Of a stretch of 64,000 bases of DNA, positions 36,371-48,531 are shown one piece after another. The notes beneath the pieces are model-generated. The model had not been told where the DNA came from, searched no databases, and was given only the letters and a program-made list of their open reading frames with translations. A program made the translations under genes and the position numbers. Source of the stretch: Takakia lepidozioides (taxonomy: Eukaryota; Plantae; Bryophyta); contig CM060734.1 of NCBI GenBank assembly GCA_030704615.1, forward strand, positions 52,204,001 to 52,268,000, in the 5' to 3' direction. Position 1 is the stretch's first letter, and each line of letters starts with the position of its first letter.

Positions 36371-39312
36371 TCACCTCGTTGGGTAGCCGTGTGCATGATT
36401 CCAGCAAGAACCAAGGTACATATGGCTACCGTCATATCCAGGGCAGTAGTGGTGAGTGCGGACATGGCATACAACACACAACCGCCGTTGTGGTGTGTAA
36501 AGACATTGATGCACAAAGCTGCAAGAGCCATCCCCCAGCTTGTCCATGTTCTCAGTGCATTGACCTGCTGTCAAAGCGTATGACACAACAAAATTGAACT
36601 CCAAAAGGAAGCTAGATCGTGAGCGGTGAGCATATGCTCACGTGGGCGGTGCTGCCCCAGGATTTTGCAAAAAGATACTGTAGGCAATTCCGCGGATGTC
36701 ACCCATAACCGCGGACATAATGTCCCTGTAGGCATGCCAGTGACAAAGTTATATAAAGAGCATAGTTGCCAAGGATCTAACCGATATTGATTAGGGTTTT
36801 AGGGTTTTCTTAGGGGGTTCTTAGGGGGTTTTATTTTCCCCGCAGATGCCAACGAAAGTGGGATTTTTTGTTTTGGGGGTTTTAAGGGTTTTTTAGATTT
36901 TTTTAAGGATTTTTAGGTTTACTTAGGGTTCTTTTTAGTGTGCGGTGCCACTGAAAGAGGTGTGTGGTGCCGCACACCCCTTTTCAGGGATTTTTTTTTT
37001 CCATTTTTTTAAGGTTTTTAAGGGTTTTTAAGGGTTTTTAGGGTTTTTTTAGGGTTTTGTTTTTGGTGTGCGGTGCCACTGAAAGAGGTTTGCGGTGCCG
37101 CACACCCCTTTTCAGGAGTTTTTTTTTTAAAAATGTTTTTAAGGGTTTTTAAGGGTTTTATTAGGGGTTTTTTTTTTTTTAGTGTGCGGTGCCACACACC
37201 CTTTTTCAGGTTTTTTTTCTTTCTTTTCGGGGTTTTTCCTAGGTTTTCTTAGGTTTTTTAGGGTTTCTTGGGGTTATTTTTTTGCTTTGGTTTTTTTTCC
37301 CGCATATGCCACTGAAAATGGTGTGTGGTGCACACTATTTTCAGGCGTTTTGTTTAGGGTTTTTTTGGGGTTTTTTTTGTCCTGCGGATGCCACTAAAAG
37401 TGATTGCGGTGCCGCCTACCACTTTCAGGGGATTTTTTTTTTGTTTTTTGGGGCAATTGCCGCTCAAAATGGTGTCATCTTGTTTGCAATATGCAGCATA
37501 GGTCAGCAGTTCACAGTCCTACCTATTCATTGAAGTGATGTGCTCTTCTTTCATAATGGGGTCTAATTTCATTATACTTTATATGCCTATTCCCACGGTT
37601 ATAGGTCCAGCGGGAATAAGTACTCTTTCTTCGACTGCCAGTCCTGTGGCATTTGCTGAATGGCGTGCGCTCACCGCTCATGCCGTAGCGTCGCTCAACT
37701 CCAAATGCATCATGGACCTACGACCCATCTTTGGGGCATGGGCTGAATGTCCATCAGGAAGAAAAACAGACGATGCCACCATTTCTTTGTGCGTAGCTAC
37801 AAAGTATATGCTCCCCGAAGCCGGTCTTGGACATCTACCCCGCGCACATACGTTTGATATTGCACATGGGCAGGCACAGATGGCACCAAAACTCTCTGTT
37901 GTCCCACAAAGCGTCTCACAGTAACAAGAGAAGAAGGCCCACAAGCTAGTCTAGCTGCAGATGACAACATGAATACCCCCTTTTTGTCCCACCACAACAC
38001 AGCCATAAGTTCCTTGGAAACATGCATCTTGTACCAGGACTGGCCTTTGCTTGGCAGTCTTGCATTTTTTCTTGGATAGCAGGGAGGGAGGGAGGCCTTT
38101 TCTGTTGATACGAACTGTGTCAGTGGCCCATGTACCAAGCTTGGCCAAATCATACAAAAGCTGAACAGAATTGAAGTAATTGTCAGTGACAATTACATGC
38201 CCCAAACCATGGAGTCCACTGGCAAGCCTACTCACCACATCATAGCTTTCACCCTTCCCACTTTTCAGCCTGTCACCATCAGGCCCCCCGGCATTTTTCC
38301 CACAGTACACCTGAAAATCGTACACATAGCTGGTCTTCGAGTCAGCCAACGCCCACACCTTGATGCCCCACATGCATGGCTTCTTCGGCATATACATCCT
38401 AATGGCACAGTATTTCCCCTTGTAACGGATCATCATCTCATCAACAGTCAACATCCTGTTGAGATTCTACAGGCTATTGCACCTAAGCTCACCTAATCTT
38501 GCCAAGCTTATCCAATCGAGGACTCCCACGATCGTGCAAAGTTGCGTCGTCTACCAAATGCAAACAACGAAGTATCGCTTCATATCTGTCACGGGTCATG
38601 ACCTTGCAGATGACAGGGCATGAGAAAAAAGACTCGGAATGTTGCCAGTAACATCTGGTTTTAGGTAGCTTCTTGATCCCCATAAAAATGCAGATACTAA
38701 TCCAAGCTCGGAGCTCACTCACCGTCAAAACTTCCACCTCGGCTCACCACGTATGCTCTCACCCAAAGGCTCTGCTGCATATGCATTCGACTCCCTGCAT
38801 ACCCTCTCCAGCACACTTTGCCTCCAAAACAAAAAGAAGAACCAAATTGGCGTAGAACCCTTTATCTCAGGGAGGCAGGGACCAGGCTAAGGGCCAGTGA
38901 ATGCCTCCCTATCACTAACAAATTCACTGTCAACACACTTTTCCCACGAGCTAGGTTGGACCAATTGCTCAAAAGCAACGTTTGGTTCCTCATCACCGTC
39001 ATCTTCCATTCCCAAAAGGTCAATGTCCCAGTCTACCTCGTCAGCAGAATCTCCAAGGTAAGTATCATCATCACAAAAGAATTCATCAAGTTCAGATTGG
39101 GGGCCGTGGTGTTGGCCGGCACGAATAGAACACGAAGCACAAACTCCACCGACACCACCGACATGCATGGTGTTCGGATGCAAAACTCCCAAAGCATACC
39201 TAGTATTTTGCATAGTCAACGCAAGGCCAAAATGGTGACTGGACTCACCCCCACAAGCACTCAGATGTGCCTCATTTCTTCTCCTCACCACACCCCTGGG
39301 AGCCATTGTCAC
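36371..39312 (-). pseudogene. piggyBac (PGBD, DDE_Tnp_1_7) transposase with separate C-terminal Cys-rich exon
   Basis: ELRAWISICIFMG, MTRDRYEAILRCLH, TVDEMMIRYKG, MPKKP..WGIKVW, TDNYFNS, WWDKK and RGVDVQD motifs. CRD-like CVVC...CPGY...CWNHAH at 36371-36570. Contains stops and frameshifts. Confidence 0.9.
36785..37460. repeat. T/G-rich minisatellite with TGCGGTGCCACTGAAAG units
   Basis: Repeated AGGGTTTTT and GTGCGGTGCC...CCCCTTTTCAGG blocks between the transposase core and the CRD exon. Confidence 0.75.
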
Positions 39313-39996
39313 ACTTGCAGGAATCTGCTCGCTGCTTGAAATCCCTGACTGACGGCATCAGGCTAGATATCGTCTCTCAAAATGGAATTGACAGCCTCAC
39401 TGAACCCTTCTCTCTCTCCTTCCTCTCTTCTCTCTCTCCAACCAAGAACCAAAGCCACCTGCCTCCGCTAGATAAATCTCCAGTTATGAGGACGAGGGTG
39501 GCGCGGCCAGCGTTTGGCACCAGGCGGTGGAGGCAAAGAGGTCCAAAACTCAGGACAAAGACAACCTAGAATTACCTTGCATTGCTCTGTAATGTAGTGC
39601 TGTTCCCCTGCGCCCACGCCCTTATAACGTCTATCGCAGCTGCATGCTCGGGTGGGGGAGGTAAGGGCTCAAGCAGCTCTGATCCCTTCCGTTTAGGCGC
39701 CATAGAATCCCTGCCACCCACAAACCACAAACATTCAATGCACAAACAGAATCAACACAAGCAGACAGACAATATCAAACAAATGCAAATGCATAAGGTG
39801 GTTAGATGGCTGCGCAATACCTCTGAAGCGTCGTCGCTGCAAAGGCGCCCCAACACGAAGATAATGAGCAGGTGTAAAGAGAAAGAGCCGTTGTGAAGGC
39901 AAAGTCGACGATGATCCCAACAAACAGAACAAACGCGCGGCCACCCCCTGCTCCTCAACAGCTACACATGAGCTTCAAAAAAGATGAAACCAAGCA

Positions 39997-41023
39997 CACT
40001 ACAAGAAAAGGGGGGGGGGGGTTTGCAACGTTGCGGCCACGCCGTGGAGTCGCAAAACAGCCTTTTTCGGGCAGGGGGGTGAGGCCAATTATGCGACGCC
40101 CGGGCGTCGCCAAAAAAATGTCGCGAATTTGCGAGGCCGGCGCGACTCGTGACGCTCGGGCCAAAAAAAAAAATAAAAAAATCCTACTCTGCAATGCCGA
40201 ATTAGCAATGTCCAAGGGTCGCAAAGTTTGTTAAAGGGGTACATTCGAATTTAGATGGGAAAAATTGAATTTGAAATTTGAATTTCAAAAACTTGTTGAC
40301 CATTGACTCCAGTTATGTCCAATGACGATATGTTTATTGTTCTACATATACTAGGCAATACATACTTGAAACTAGGACCTCCACGTTATAACATTTCTAA
40401 GACACTACAGACTAACCAACACACCTACGATACAACTATGTATCACAAAAGCAATCTAAATACATATATACATATCAAGATTTCTTTCAAGTTCCTTTTA
40501 AGGGGGTCCTCTTGTGACGCCGGGGAGTTGCAACCTCCACAACCTTAGTGCCTAGCCCCAGCAAGGTGGCATCAAGAGGAAAGGGGATCCCCACCGCGAC
40601 GGATTTTTTTTTCTTGCGACGCCAACCCAAAAAAAAAAAAAAAACGTTGCGACGCCCTGGCGTTGCAAAAGCATCACTGAGGACGCCCCAGCACCTTGCG
40701 ACGCCGGGGCGTCGCAACGGCATAGCCACAATGAGAGTTTGGTTTTTTTTTTTTTTTTGGGCTTTGCGGCCCTTAATATCACAAAAACGTTACTAGGGGC
40801 GCCCGCGCTGCGACGCCAGAGGTCGCAACGGTGTTGTAGTTAGCTTAGGTCATCACAAGGATGTCGTTTGGGGTGCTTGACGGTGGGGCTGCAACAACGG
40901 CGACGACGTTGGGGGCTGGGCGTCGTCGCAAAAAAACACCGCGGGGTTGGCGTTGCAGGTTCAGCGCCACACGGGGTGTGGAGGCGCGGCTGGCATTGCA
41001 AACGCCCCCTATTTGCTGTAGTG
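39997..41023. mobile_element. Non-autonomous CACTA element
   Basis: CACTACAAGAAAAGGGG...CCCCCTATTTGCTGTAGTG, 3-bp TSD GCA on both sides, and many GCGACG/CGTCGC subterminal repeats. Confidence 0.9.
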
Positions 41024-41358
41024 GCAATCCTAGGCAAAAATACGATCGACAAAGCAAAGCCAAAGCGAAGCAAGAACCAACAGAGAATGAAGCAAAAGCT
41101 TGATCACAATGAGTGAATCGTAGCACTCATGACCCGATATGCAAAACGCAGAGAGCGAGAGAGAAGCTCCCGCCTTTGTCACCTGCCTAAACCCTACACG
41201 CGTGAAAAGCCCCACCCCCGGCAGCTGCCACCAGGCTACGTGCCTGACGTTTTGCGCGTGCTTGGTAGTCCACCACTGTCCGCACGAGCGGACATGCGGC
41301 CCCCCGCTATCAGCCACTACCGACAAATGTCCCCCCCCCACCCCCTAATCATGCTTGT

Positions 41359-44300
41359 TGTCAAGGACGAGAACATGACTGAACACAAACAAGAGATCAG
41401 ACTAGGGGTACAAGACTAGGCAAGAAGTCAAGGTCGGCGTGGCCGTATGTACGATGAGTAAATAGGAATCAAGGCGATCTTTATAACAATGAACAAGGGT
41501 ACAAGATATTGGAACACGACTTGAATACTGAAATGTTGGAAACTGAACTGGAATACCAGATACTGGAAACTGGGCTAGGGTACTGGGGACTGGACTGGAG
41601 TCATGGGAACTGGAAACAAGAGTAGCTTGAACTGGTGTTGGCGAGACTCAAGAGTGTCTAGTCTCGCCTCCTATATATACTGGCTACTAAGAAACTTCCC
41701 TAAGAAGCTTCCCTTATGGAGGTTTCTTGCTGGAGAAGTTTCTAAGATTAAACAAATGTTTCTTGATGGAGCATCTTCCTTAAACAAAGGAGGTATCTTG
41801 ATGGAGAAGTTTCCTCCAAATAAAGCTTTCTGAGCAGTTTCCCAAGTTACTCTTGGTAATTTGGTAAACTCCCGGTAATTTGGTAAGTAATGGTAAATTA
41901 TAGTAGATCGTGGTAAATCACGGTAAGTCGTGATAACTTTCGGTAACATGGTAACTTGGAGACTTCTGGTATTTACTCCTGATAAGTTCGTCTGGGCTGT
42001 GTCCGTGACATCACCCCCTCCTCTAGCGCCGAGTTCCTTGAGGAGCGGTAAAATCTTAGACTTGTTTAGAGTTGGAGAAAATTCAAAATCCGGCGAATGG
42101 TACTTGCCAAGTATTCGGCTCTTCGTTCTTGACTCAAATGATTTATAGGTCCATACAACCATCGATAGTGTCCAACACCTTGAACTTGGTCTGATTCTCG
42201 AAGCTGCCTTCAAACATGATTTCGTTGCCTCTACGTCCGAAACCTCAACCTCCAACAGTATTATCAAACTTCGAATAGGCTCCACTTGTCGTCGTACGGG
42301 GTCCAGACGAGGAAGTACGCTTCGCATTGGTGGTCCATCGTCTCGAGAGCCTCGGTGTGATGTTGAAGGTCGTGAGAGTTGGAACGGCTGATTTGATAGC
42401 TGGGTAAGTGACAACTCCAATGTATCTGGTTCAAAGCTTAGCTGGATATCGTTGATGAAACTCTTAGACTTTGTCAGATGCATTGGCGAGGTTGGATGAA
42501 GGTTCTCATGTTCGTTCGCTGATGTCGTAGCTTTTCCAATGTACGAAATACTCGAGACGTTTATACTTGATGCAAGAGTCTAAGACTTCGTCGACTTCAT
42601 ACTCAATTTCCTGATTGACTTCGATTGGCGGAGGTGGTACGGAGACTCTCCCTGGAATATTCCATGGATGATACAACTCCAATAATGAAACATGAAAGAT
42701 TGGATGGATGCGCATACTTCGTGGGAGTTCAAGCCGAAAACTGACCGGATTTATTTGTCGAATAATTTTGAATGGTCCCAGGCGTTGATAATCCAACTTC
42801 CTTGATGGTCGCAAGGTTTGTATGTCCCGTCGAAGAAGCCACACACGATCTCCGACCTTGAACTGGGGTTGGAGTTAGCAACGTTGATCTGCATAGTCCT
42901 TGTATTGTTTTTGAGCTTTTGCGAGGCGCAAATCCTAGAAAACATTGTACATCTCGGACCGAAGTTGGTTTAATCCACTCGATGATGGTTTGTATTTTTC
43001 TTCTGATCCATAAAAACTCATTTATCGGAAATAATGTATTCCAAAAATTCGATTTCAGATTGGTGGAAAAAACATTTTTCCAACTTGACATATAGTCATT
43101 TTCGTCCAAATAAATGACTATAAAGTCATCTAAAAATTCTCGAAAGACGTCATTCATCATGTGTTGAAAAATTGCTGGAGCATTTGTAAGACCGAAAGAC
43201 ATAACACTGTATTCGAAATTTTCGTACCTTGTGCGAAAAGCAGTCTTCCATTCGTCTCCTTCATTTATTCGTACAAGGTTGTAAGCTCATCTCAAGTCGA
43301 TCTTTGTGAAAAAATTTGCTCGTCCAAGTTGTTCGAGCGGAAATGAGCGGTAGTGGGTAATGATTTCTTATAGCGACTTTGTTGAGCCCACGATAGTCCA
43401 CACACATGCATAACGATCCGTCCTTCTTCTTCACAAATAAGATAGGTGCTCCCGCGGGTGATTTCGAATGTCGAATGAAATTCTTTGACAAATTTTCATC
43501 GATGTATTCGCGTAAAGTAGCCAGTTCCGTTTGAGATAAATTATAGATCGGGCCGAATGGTGATTGAGCTCCTTCTTGCAACTCAATTACACAATCATAA
43601 GGTCGATGTTCTGGCAACATGTGTGCATTTTTATTCTCGAAGACATCCTTGAAATCTTGATATTGAGTGGGTAATGTCGAAGTACTTTTGTCTGTTGTGG
43701 TTTTGATCGGAGTTGCATAAAGTGCAAATGTTGCGTATTTCTTCATAGCTCTCATGAAGGCTCTAGCTCCAAGAAACATGGGTTGAATACTTTTGGTATT
43801 TTTGCATTTTTGTCTTGCCGAAATTTTTCATGATCGCCAGTCGATGTCAGGATTATGAAGTACAAGGCAGGGAAGTCCAATGATCACAAGATTTGTTGGA
43901 GACTGGATGACATTGAAAATAATCTGTGATGCTTGATTTTTAAGCTTCACTTCAAGGGGTCGAGTTTCATGGTCAATATTTCCTGATGCTAACAGTCGTT
44001 CATCGATGACTTCAACAAGGGTTGAGAGTTTCTTTCTTACGAGCGTTAAATTGTGTTGTTTCGCAAAGTCTTTGTCAATAAAACACGCTGAAGCGTCCGA
44101 GTCCAAAAGTGCTTCTACGGTGATATCTCGATTTTGCATCATGATCTTTACTGGAACTGTGAAACAAGGTACAAGGTCTGGAGGTAGAAATAGATTTTTT
44201 TTTTTTTGAGGAATTTGGGATGTCCAGCCGCATGGTCCCTACTGTGACTGGACATCTTCGTTTTCCGACCTCCTCGTATCGAACACTTGAATTGTGCCCC

Positions 44301-45879
44301 GAGCTTTGAATCTTCTCTTGTTTGGGCAGTTTAATGCTATGTGATCATCTTCTCCGCAATAAAGGCATAATCCATTCGAGCGTCGTCTTTGTTTTCTTGT
44401 GGCATCAATGGCTTGAATCGGACAGCATCGTCGACCATCCAGATCGCTTCTCTTGACGTCTTTTGAACAAACGATTATCGTATATAATGACTTGGGTGAT
44501 AAATTCGCTCAGTGTACTCACGTTTGGCATTGTCAGCAACAAATCTTTTACATCTTTTTTTAGGCTACATCGAAACTGACTAATAAGACTCTTCTCATTC
44601 CAGTCGAGGTCGCACGCAAGTTGTCGAAATTCGGCAGTATAAACGGAAGCTGGACGCGATCCTTGTCGAAGATTTCGCATCTTTGTCTCTGCAACTCTTT
44701 CTCTATTATTCTCTCCAAACGTTGCAGTGAACTCGGACATGAACGCTTCAAAATTGTATAGTAAATGCGAAGTTTTCTCTAATAGCGGTGCAAACCAAGA
44801 TAGGGCAGTGCCGGATAGAATGGTGCCTACAAATCCTACTTGAATACCTTCATCAGGGTAGCGTTGTGGATGTAGTCGTAGGAACAATCATACTTGTTGA
44901 ACAAAACCGCGAAATCTTGATCTCGTCCCATCAATTTTTTTGGACATGTTGACCTTTGGTTCCCTTGTAATCTGTTGAAGATTTGGAGGAACCGTTGCAG
45001 TAGGATTTGTTGTAATATGGACTCATAAGGTTGAAAATCCATTGTTTGACTCCTTCAACTCTGAAATTTGTTGTTGCAAATTGTTGAGAGCGTTGCCAGG
45101 ATCTTGAGACTGATCAGCTTGTAGTTGGGCAATAGAGGCACGAAGTTCTTGCATCTAGAGCTGAAGACATTGCAATGTGACGACCATTTCCGCAAATGTG
45201 ACTTTCATCTTAATTAACTAAGGAACAAACTTTAGTCTCGCCAAACTGTCAAGGACGAGAACATGACTGAACACAAACAAGAGATCAGACTAGGGGTACA
45301 AGACTAGGCAAGAAGTCAAGGTCGGCGTGGCCGTATGCACGATGAGTAAATATGAATCAAGACGATCTTTATAACAATGAACAAGGGTACAAGATATTGG
45401 AACACGACTTGAATTCTGGAATGCTGGAAACTAGACTGGAATACCAGATACTGGAAACTGGGGTACTGGGAACTGGACTGGAGTACTGGGAACTGGAAAT
45501 AAGAGTAGCTTGAACTGGTGTTGGCAAGACTAAAGAGTCTCCAGTCTCGCCTCCTATATATACTGGCTACTAAGAAGCTTCCCCTATGGAGGTTTTTTGC
45601 TGGAGAAGTTCCAAGATTAAACAAAGGTTTCTTGATGGAGCAGCTTCCTTAAACAAATGAGGTATCTTGATAGAGAAGTTTCCTCCAAATGAAGCTTCAT
45701 GAGCAGTTTCCCAAGTTACTCTTGGTAATTTGATAAACTCCCGGTAATTTGGTAAGTAATGGTAAATCATGGTAGATCATGATAAATCACGGTAAGTCAT
45801 GGTAACTTTCGATAATATGGTAACTTGGTAAATTCTGATATTTACTCCTGGTAAGTTCGTCTGGGCTATGTCCATGACA
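41359..45879 (-). mobile_element. Ty3/Gypsy chromovirus (Tcn1/Tf1-like), internally deleted
   Basis: TG...CA LTRs at 41359-42010 and 45247-45879, PPT AGAGGAGGGGGTGA at 42011-42024, gag with CLYC...H...C, protease LLDSDAS, partial RT, GPF module and chromodomain YEVDEVLD...YFVHWKSY. RNase H and integrase core are missing. Degenerate TSD CTTGT/TTTGC. Confidence 0.95.
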
Positions 45880-47070
45880 TTTGCCACGTCTACCAGTCAA
45901 CCTGCTGGCGGGCCCAAAACCACAGGATTTTGGATACCCCTCGACATTCAAAAAAACCCCGATGGCGGGGATTAGATTTTCTAGGGTGCCATCAACACAG
46001 GGGGCCGTAAATATTTATGGGCTACACTTTTCGCTCAGAAATCGTTTTCATCCGACCTCATCTGCGTCGTTTTCATCCAATCGAAATTTCGACCCGACCC
46101 GAAACGGGTCGCATTGTCCTTGAGGGGTTAATGTGACAGTCCAGAACTCATTTAATGCGTCCAGGACCAATTAAATGAAGCCCACGCCTACAATGACTAG
46201 CTACTAACCCTCGCTATATTACACTAACACACTGTGATGCAAGATTATGGTTTGAGGGGTTATTCTCCTTCCTCTGCACTGAACCCACAAACACTAAAGA
46301 TGTAGTCGGTAATACTTGCTTGCCAATAAGGGGGGGATCTGCCTATGAGGAACTTACACTCGCACTCACACACCAACTTCCACTCGCTTTCATACTTGCA
46401 CAAACTTAAATCACATATTCATACACATCCACAGAATCTCGTACACCATTTCAACACAATAACATCACCACCTCAAAAGCCCAAGCTTCCAAGTTAAATA
46501 GAATAGAAACCTAATCAAAACAAGATGCCACGTGGCACTGTCATAGTGGACATTCAAATCCCAGTCCACATTCATCACCCAAACCTACCACCTCACCAGC
46601 TGAATCCTAATCCTAATCCTAAACTAGATGTTACAGTAAGGCAAATCCACCGAAGCCTTGACAGAATCCTACCACTGCGACCGATGAGAGGAGCAACCTA
46701 TACGTGAACGTGAAAAAGCATGGCCTATTGCCGTGGACACAATCTTGTGTGGAATGGAGGGTAAGAGCATGCCCAGCATGTGCTTTATCTGGCGCGCTAT
46801 CATCAACATAGCACGGCCACCGAGATCGCGCATCCCCAGTAGCACCTTCAGGCGCTTCAAAATGGTGAGCCTCACCAAAAATTGTCGCACTCCCGTGCTA
46901 TCTTTTGCCATTTGGTGTGTGGCATTCTCCCCCACTACCTACTGCTCAGCCTCACACGTAATGATGAGTGGTGGGGCAGGCGGCCGGCCCACGGTCACCT
47001 CAGCTTGCGCCATTACTCCACTTTGGTTATGGTGCGTTGCTGCTAGGGCTCTTGCCAGCCGACGCGCTAT

Positions 47071-47690
47071 CTAACTTGCCTGCCTCACTATATGCAAAGA
47101 TGAGTTTGAAGTATGGAAATGGAAGGGTCCGGAGTCTAATGGCATGGAGAAGATCCCAGCATTTTTGGGGTAGGCCACTGAAGAAATGATCTTACCTTTA
47201 GTTTTTTCATTGGACTTGAAACAAAGAATCCTGCAAGAATTATGCCATTTAGGGGAGGAGTAATAAATGAGAAATGGAATATTAGCTGGGTTCAGACTGA
47301 CGTGGTGGGCAAGAGCCTCTGGGGAATCTGGGGTTGGTGAAGTGAGGACTGGAGCTGGCTGCATGAAGATACGTCGGAGCTGCATGTGCTTGGTAGATAG
47401 AGGACCGGACTGCAATGATGATGCCAATTGATGGGGATCCTCTGCCTGCATGTCGGAGGAGCTTGATAACGACGAGTTACTCATGGGGTTGTAGGACGGA
47501 TCCTAGAGCAATCCTAGAGGCGCAGAAGCTTCATTTGCTCATTTTCCTGGTCTACATCCGATTCCATGACAACATGCAAAAGTGTGAATGCAAGCAGAGT
47601 GTATTGTGTCCCTGGATCTGATGATAGTCTTAACCATGGTAGGGGGTTGATAAAAAAGGGGTGGCAGAATCCATAGACCTTCACCTGCTG
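47071..47690 (-). pseudogene. LINE ORF1 C-terminal fragment
   Basis: AFTLLHVVMESD...NEQMKLLRL and IPFLIYYSS...CRILCFK match AFTILHAILETE...NEEIERLRI and IPFIIFYAI...CIILCLQ in ORF1 11862-14678. Confidence 0.65.
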
Positions 47691-48388
47691 GGCAGTTCTA
47701 CACAATATCTTTTTATTCCACCGAGCCCGGGGCGTGAGCCTAGGAGCTTGTGAGCCCAGGAGCTTGTGAGCCTGTGAGCCCAGCAAGGCTCACGCCACGT
47801 CATGTTTATTTAAAAACATATTGCATCTATTTCCGCGGATCAAATCTCCAGAGTCCACCCAGCCATGACTCTACCTTTATCATCCAGCGCTCATATATCA
47901 TCCATCGCACCACTTTCGAAAGGGAATGGAGAGGAACTGCAAAGAAAATACGTTTGCAGCAGAGTTGGTCATTCTGGATATTCCAGATGGACTCCCAGTT
48001 CCAGACGTGCCTCCAGCGGATGCTTGCCCAACTTGGAACTCCTTTGATGAACAATACTGGCGATGGGTATTCTCCTTCTGCAACTTCTTCTTTTCAGATG
48101 CATGAGTTCTTGTCCTCATCCAGTCGATCAACCTGCGCTGTCGTCGAGCTCTTGCCAGTTACTTGAAAGCCTCTAGGATGCGGGTAGTGAAGACTTGAAA
48201 CTGTGTCAACACGATGTATCTGACGAAAGGGGATTGTCTAGGCGAGATGGTAATTCTTCCCCTTCCTGCGTTGGCCTCTTGTTCTTTTTCGTTCGTGTTC
48301 AGTGCATTTGTAAAGGGTGTGCGGTGGCGCACACCCTCAATGGCCGACTCTCTGCTACATTTTTGTCCAGGAGGCCGGTCGTTCATTC

Positions 48389-48392
<4 letters not shown>

Positions 48393-48429
<37 letters not shown>
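48393..48429 (+). repeat. (CT)n microsatellite, likely 5' leader
   Basis: About 18 CT units about 100 bp upstream of ATG 48532. Confidence 0.9.
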
Positions 48430-48431
<2 letters not shown>

Positions 48432-48531
48432 CAAACCACGGAGCTACATCGCGCTCCCTTCAAGCTTCTCGTCAAAATAAAAATCCGTTGGCTCTTTCGT
48501 AGAAACAGACTTTCCGGAGACATGCAAATCA

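Larger units (their letters stand above)
25497..46127 (-). mobile_element. piggyBac element, about 5.4 kb core expanded to 20.6 kb by nested insertions
   Basis: TTAA|CCCCTCAGGGA at 25493 and TCCTTGAGGGG|TTAA at 46131, with internal DDE_Tnp_1_7 transposase remnants. The left end joins 35237 once the TSD-bounded hAT is removed. Confidence 0.72.

Noticed and set aside
36061-36531. 156-aa hydrophobic membrane protein ORF
   Set aside because: It overlaps the transposase CRD in another frame, and the hydrophobicity follows from G/T-rich low-complexity sequence.
36785-37270. Interstitial telomere (TTTAGGG-like)
   Set aside because: Units are irregular and embedded in a longer minisatellite inside the piggyBac.
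41671-42483. 270-aa extra (env-like) ORF in the Gypsy element
   Set aside because: It runs through the PPT into the LTR and shows no recognisable domain or TM segment.
47827-48350. Divergent minus-strand gene next to the CT repeat
   Set aside because: Short overlapping frames with no recognisable motif or consistent splice model.
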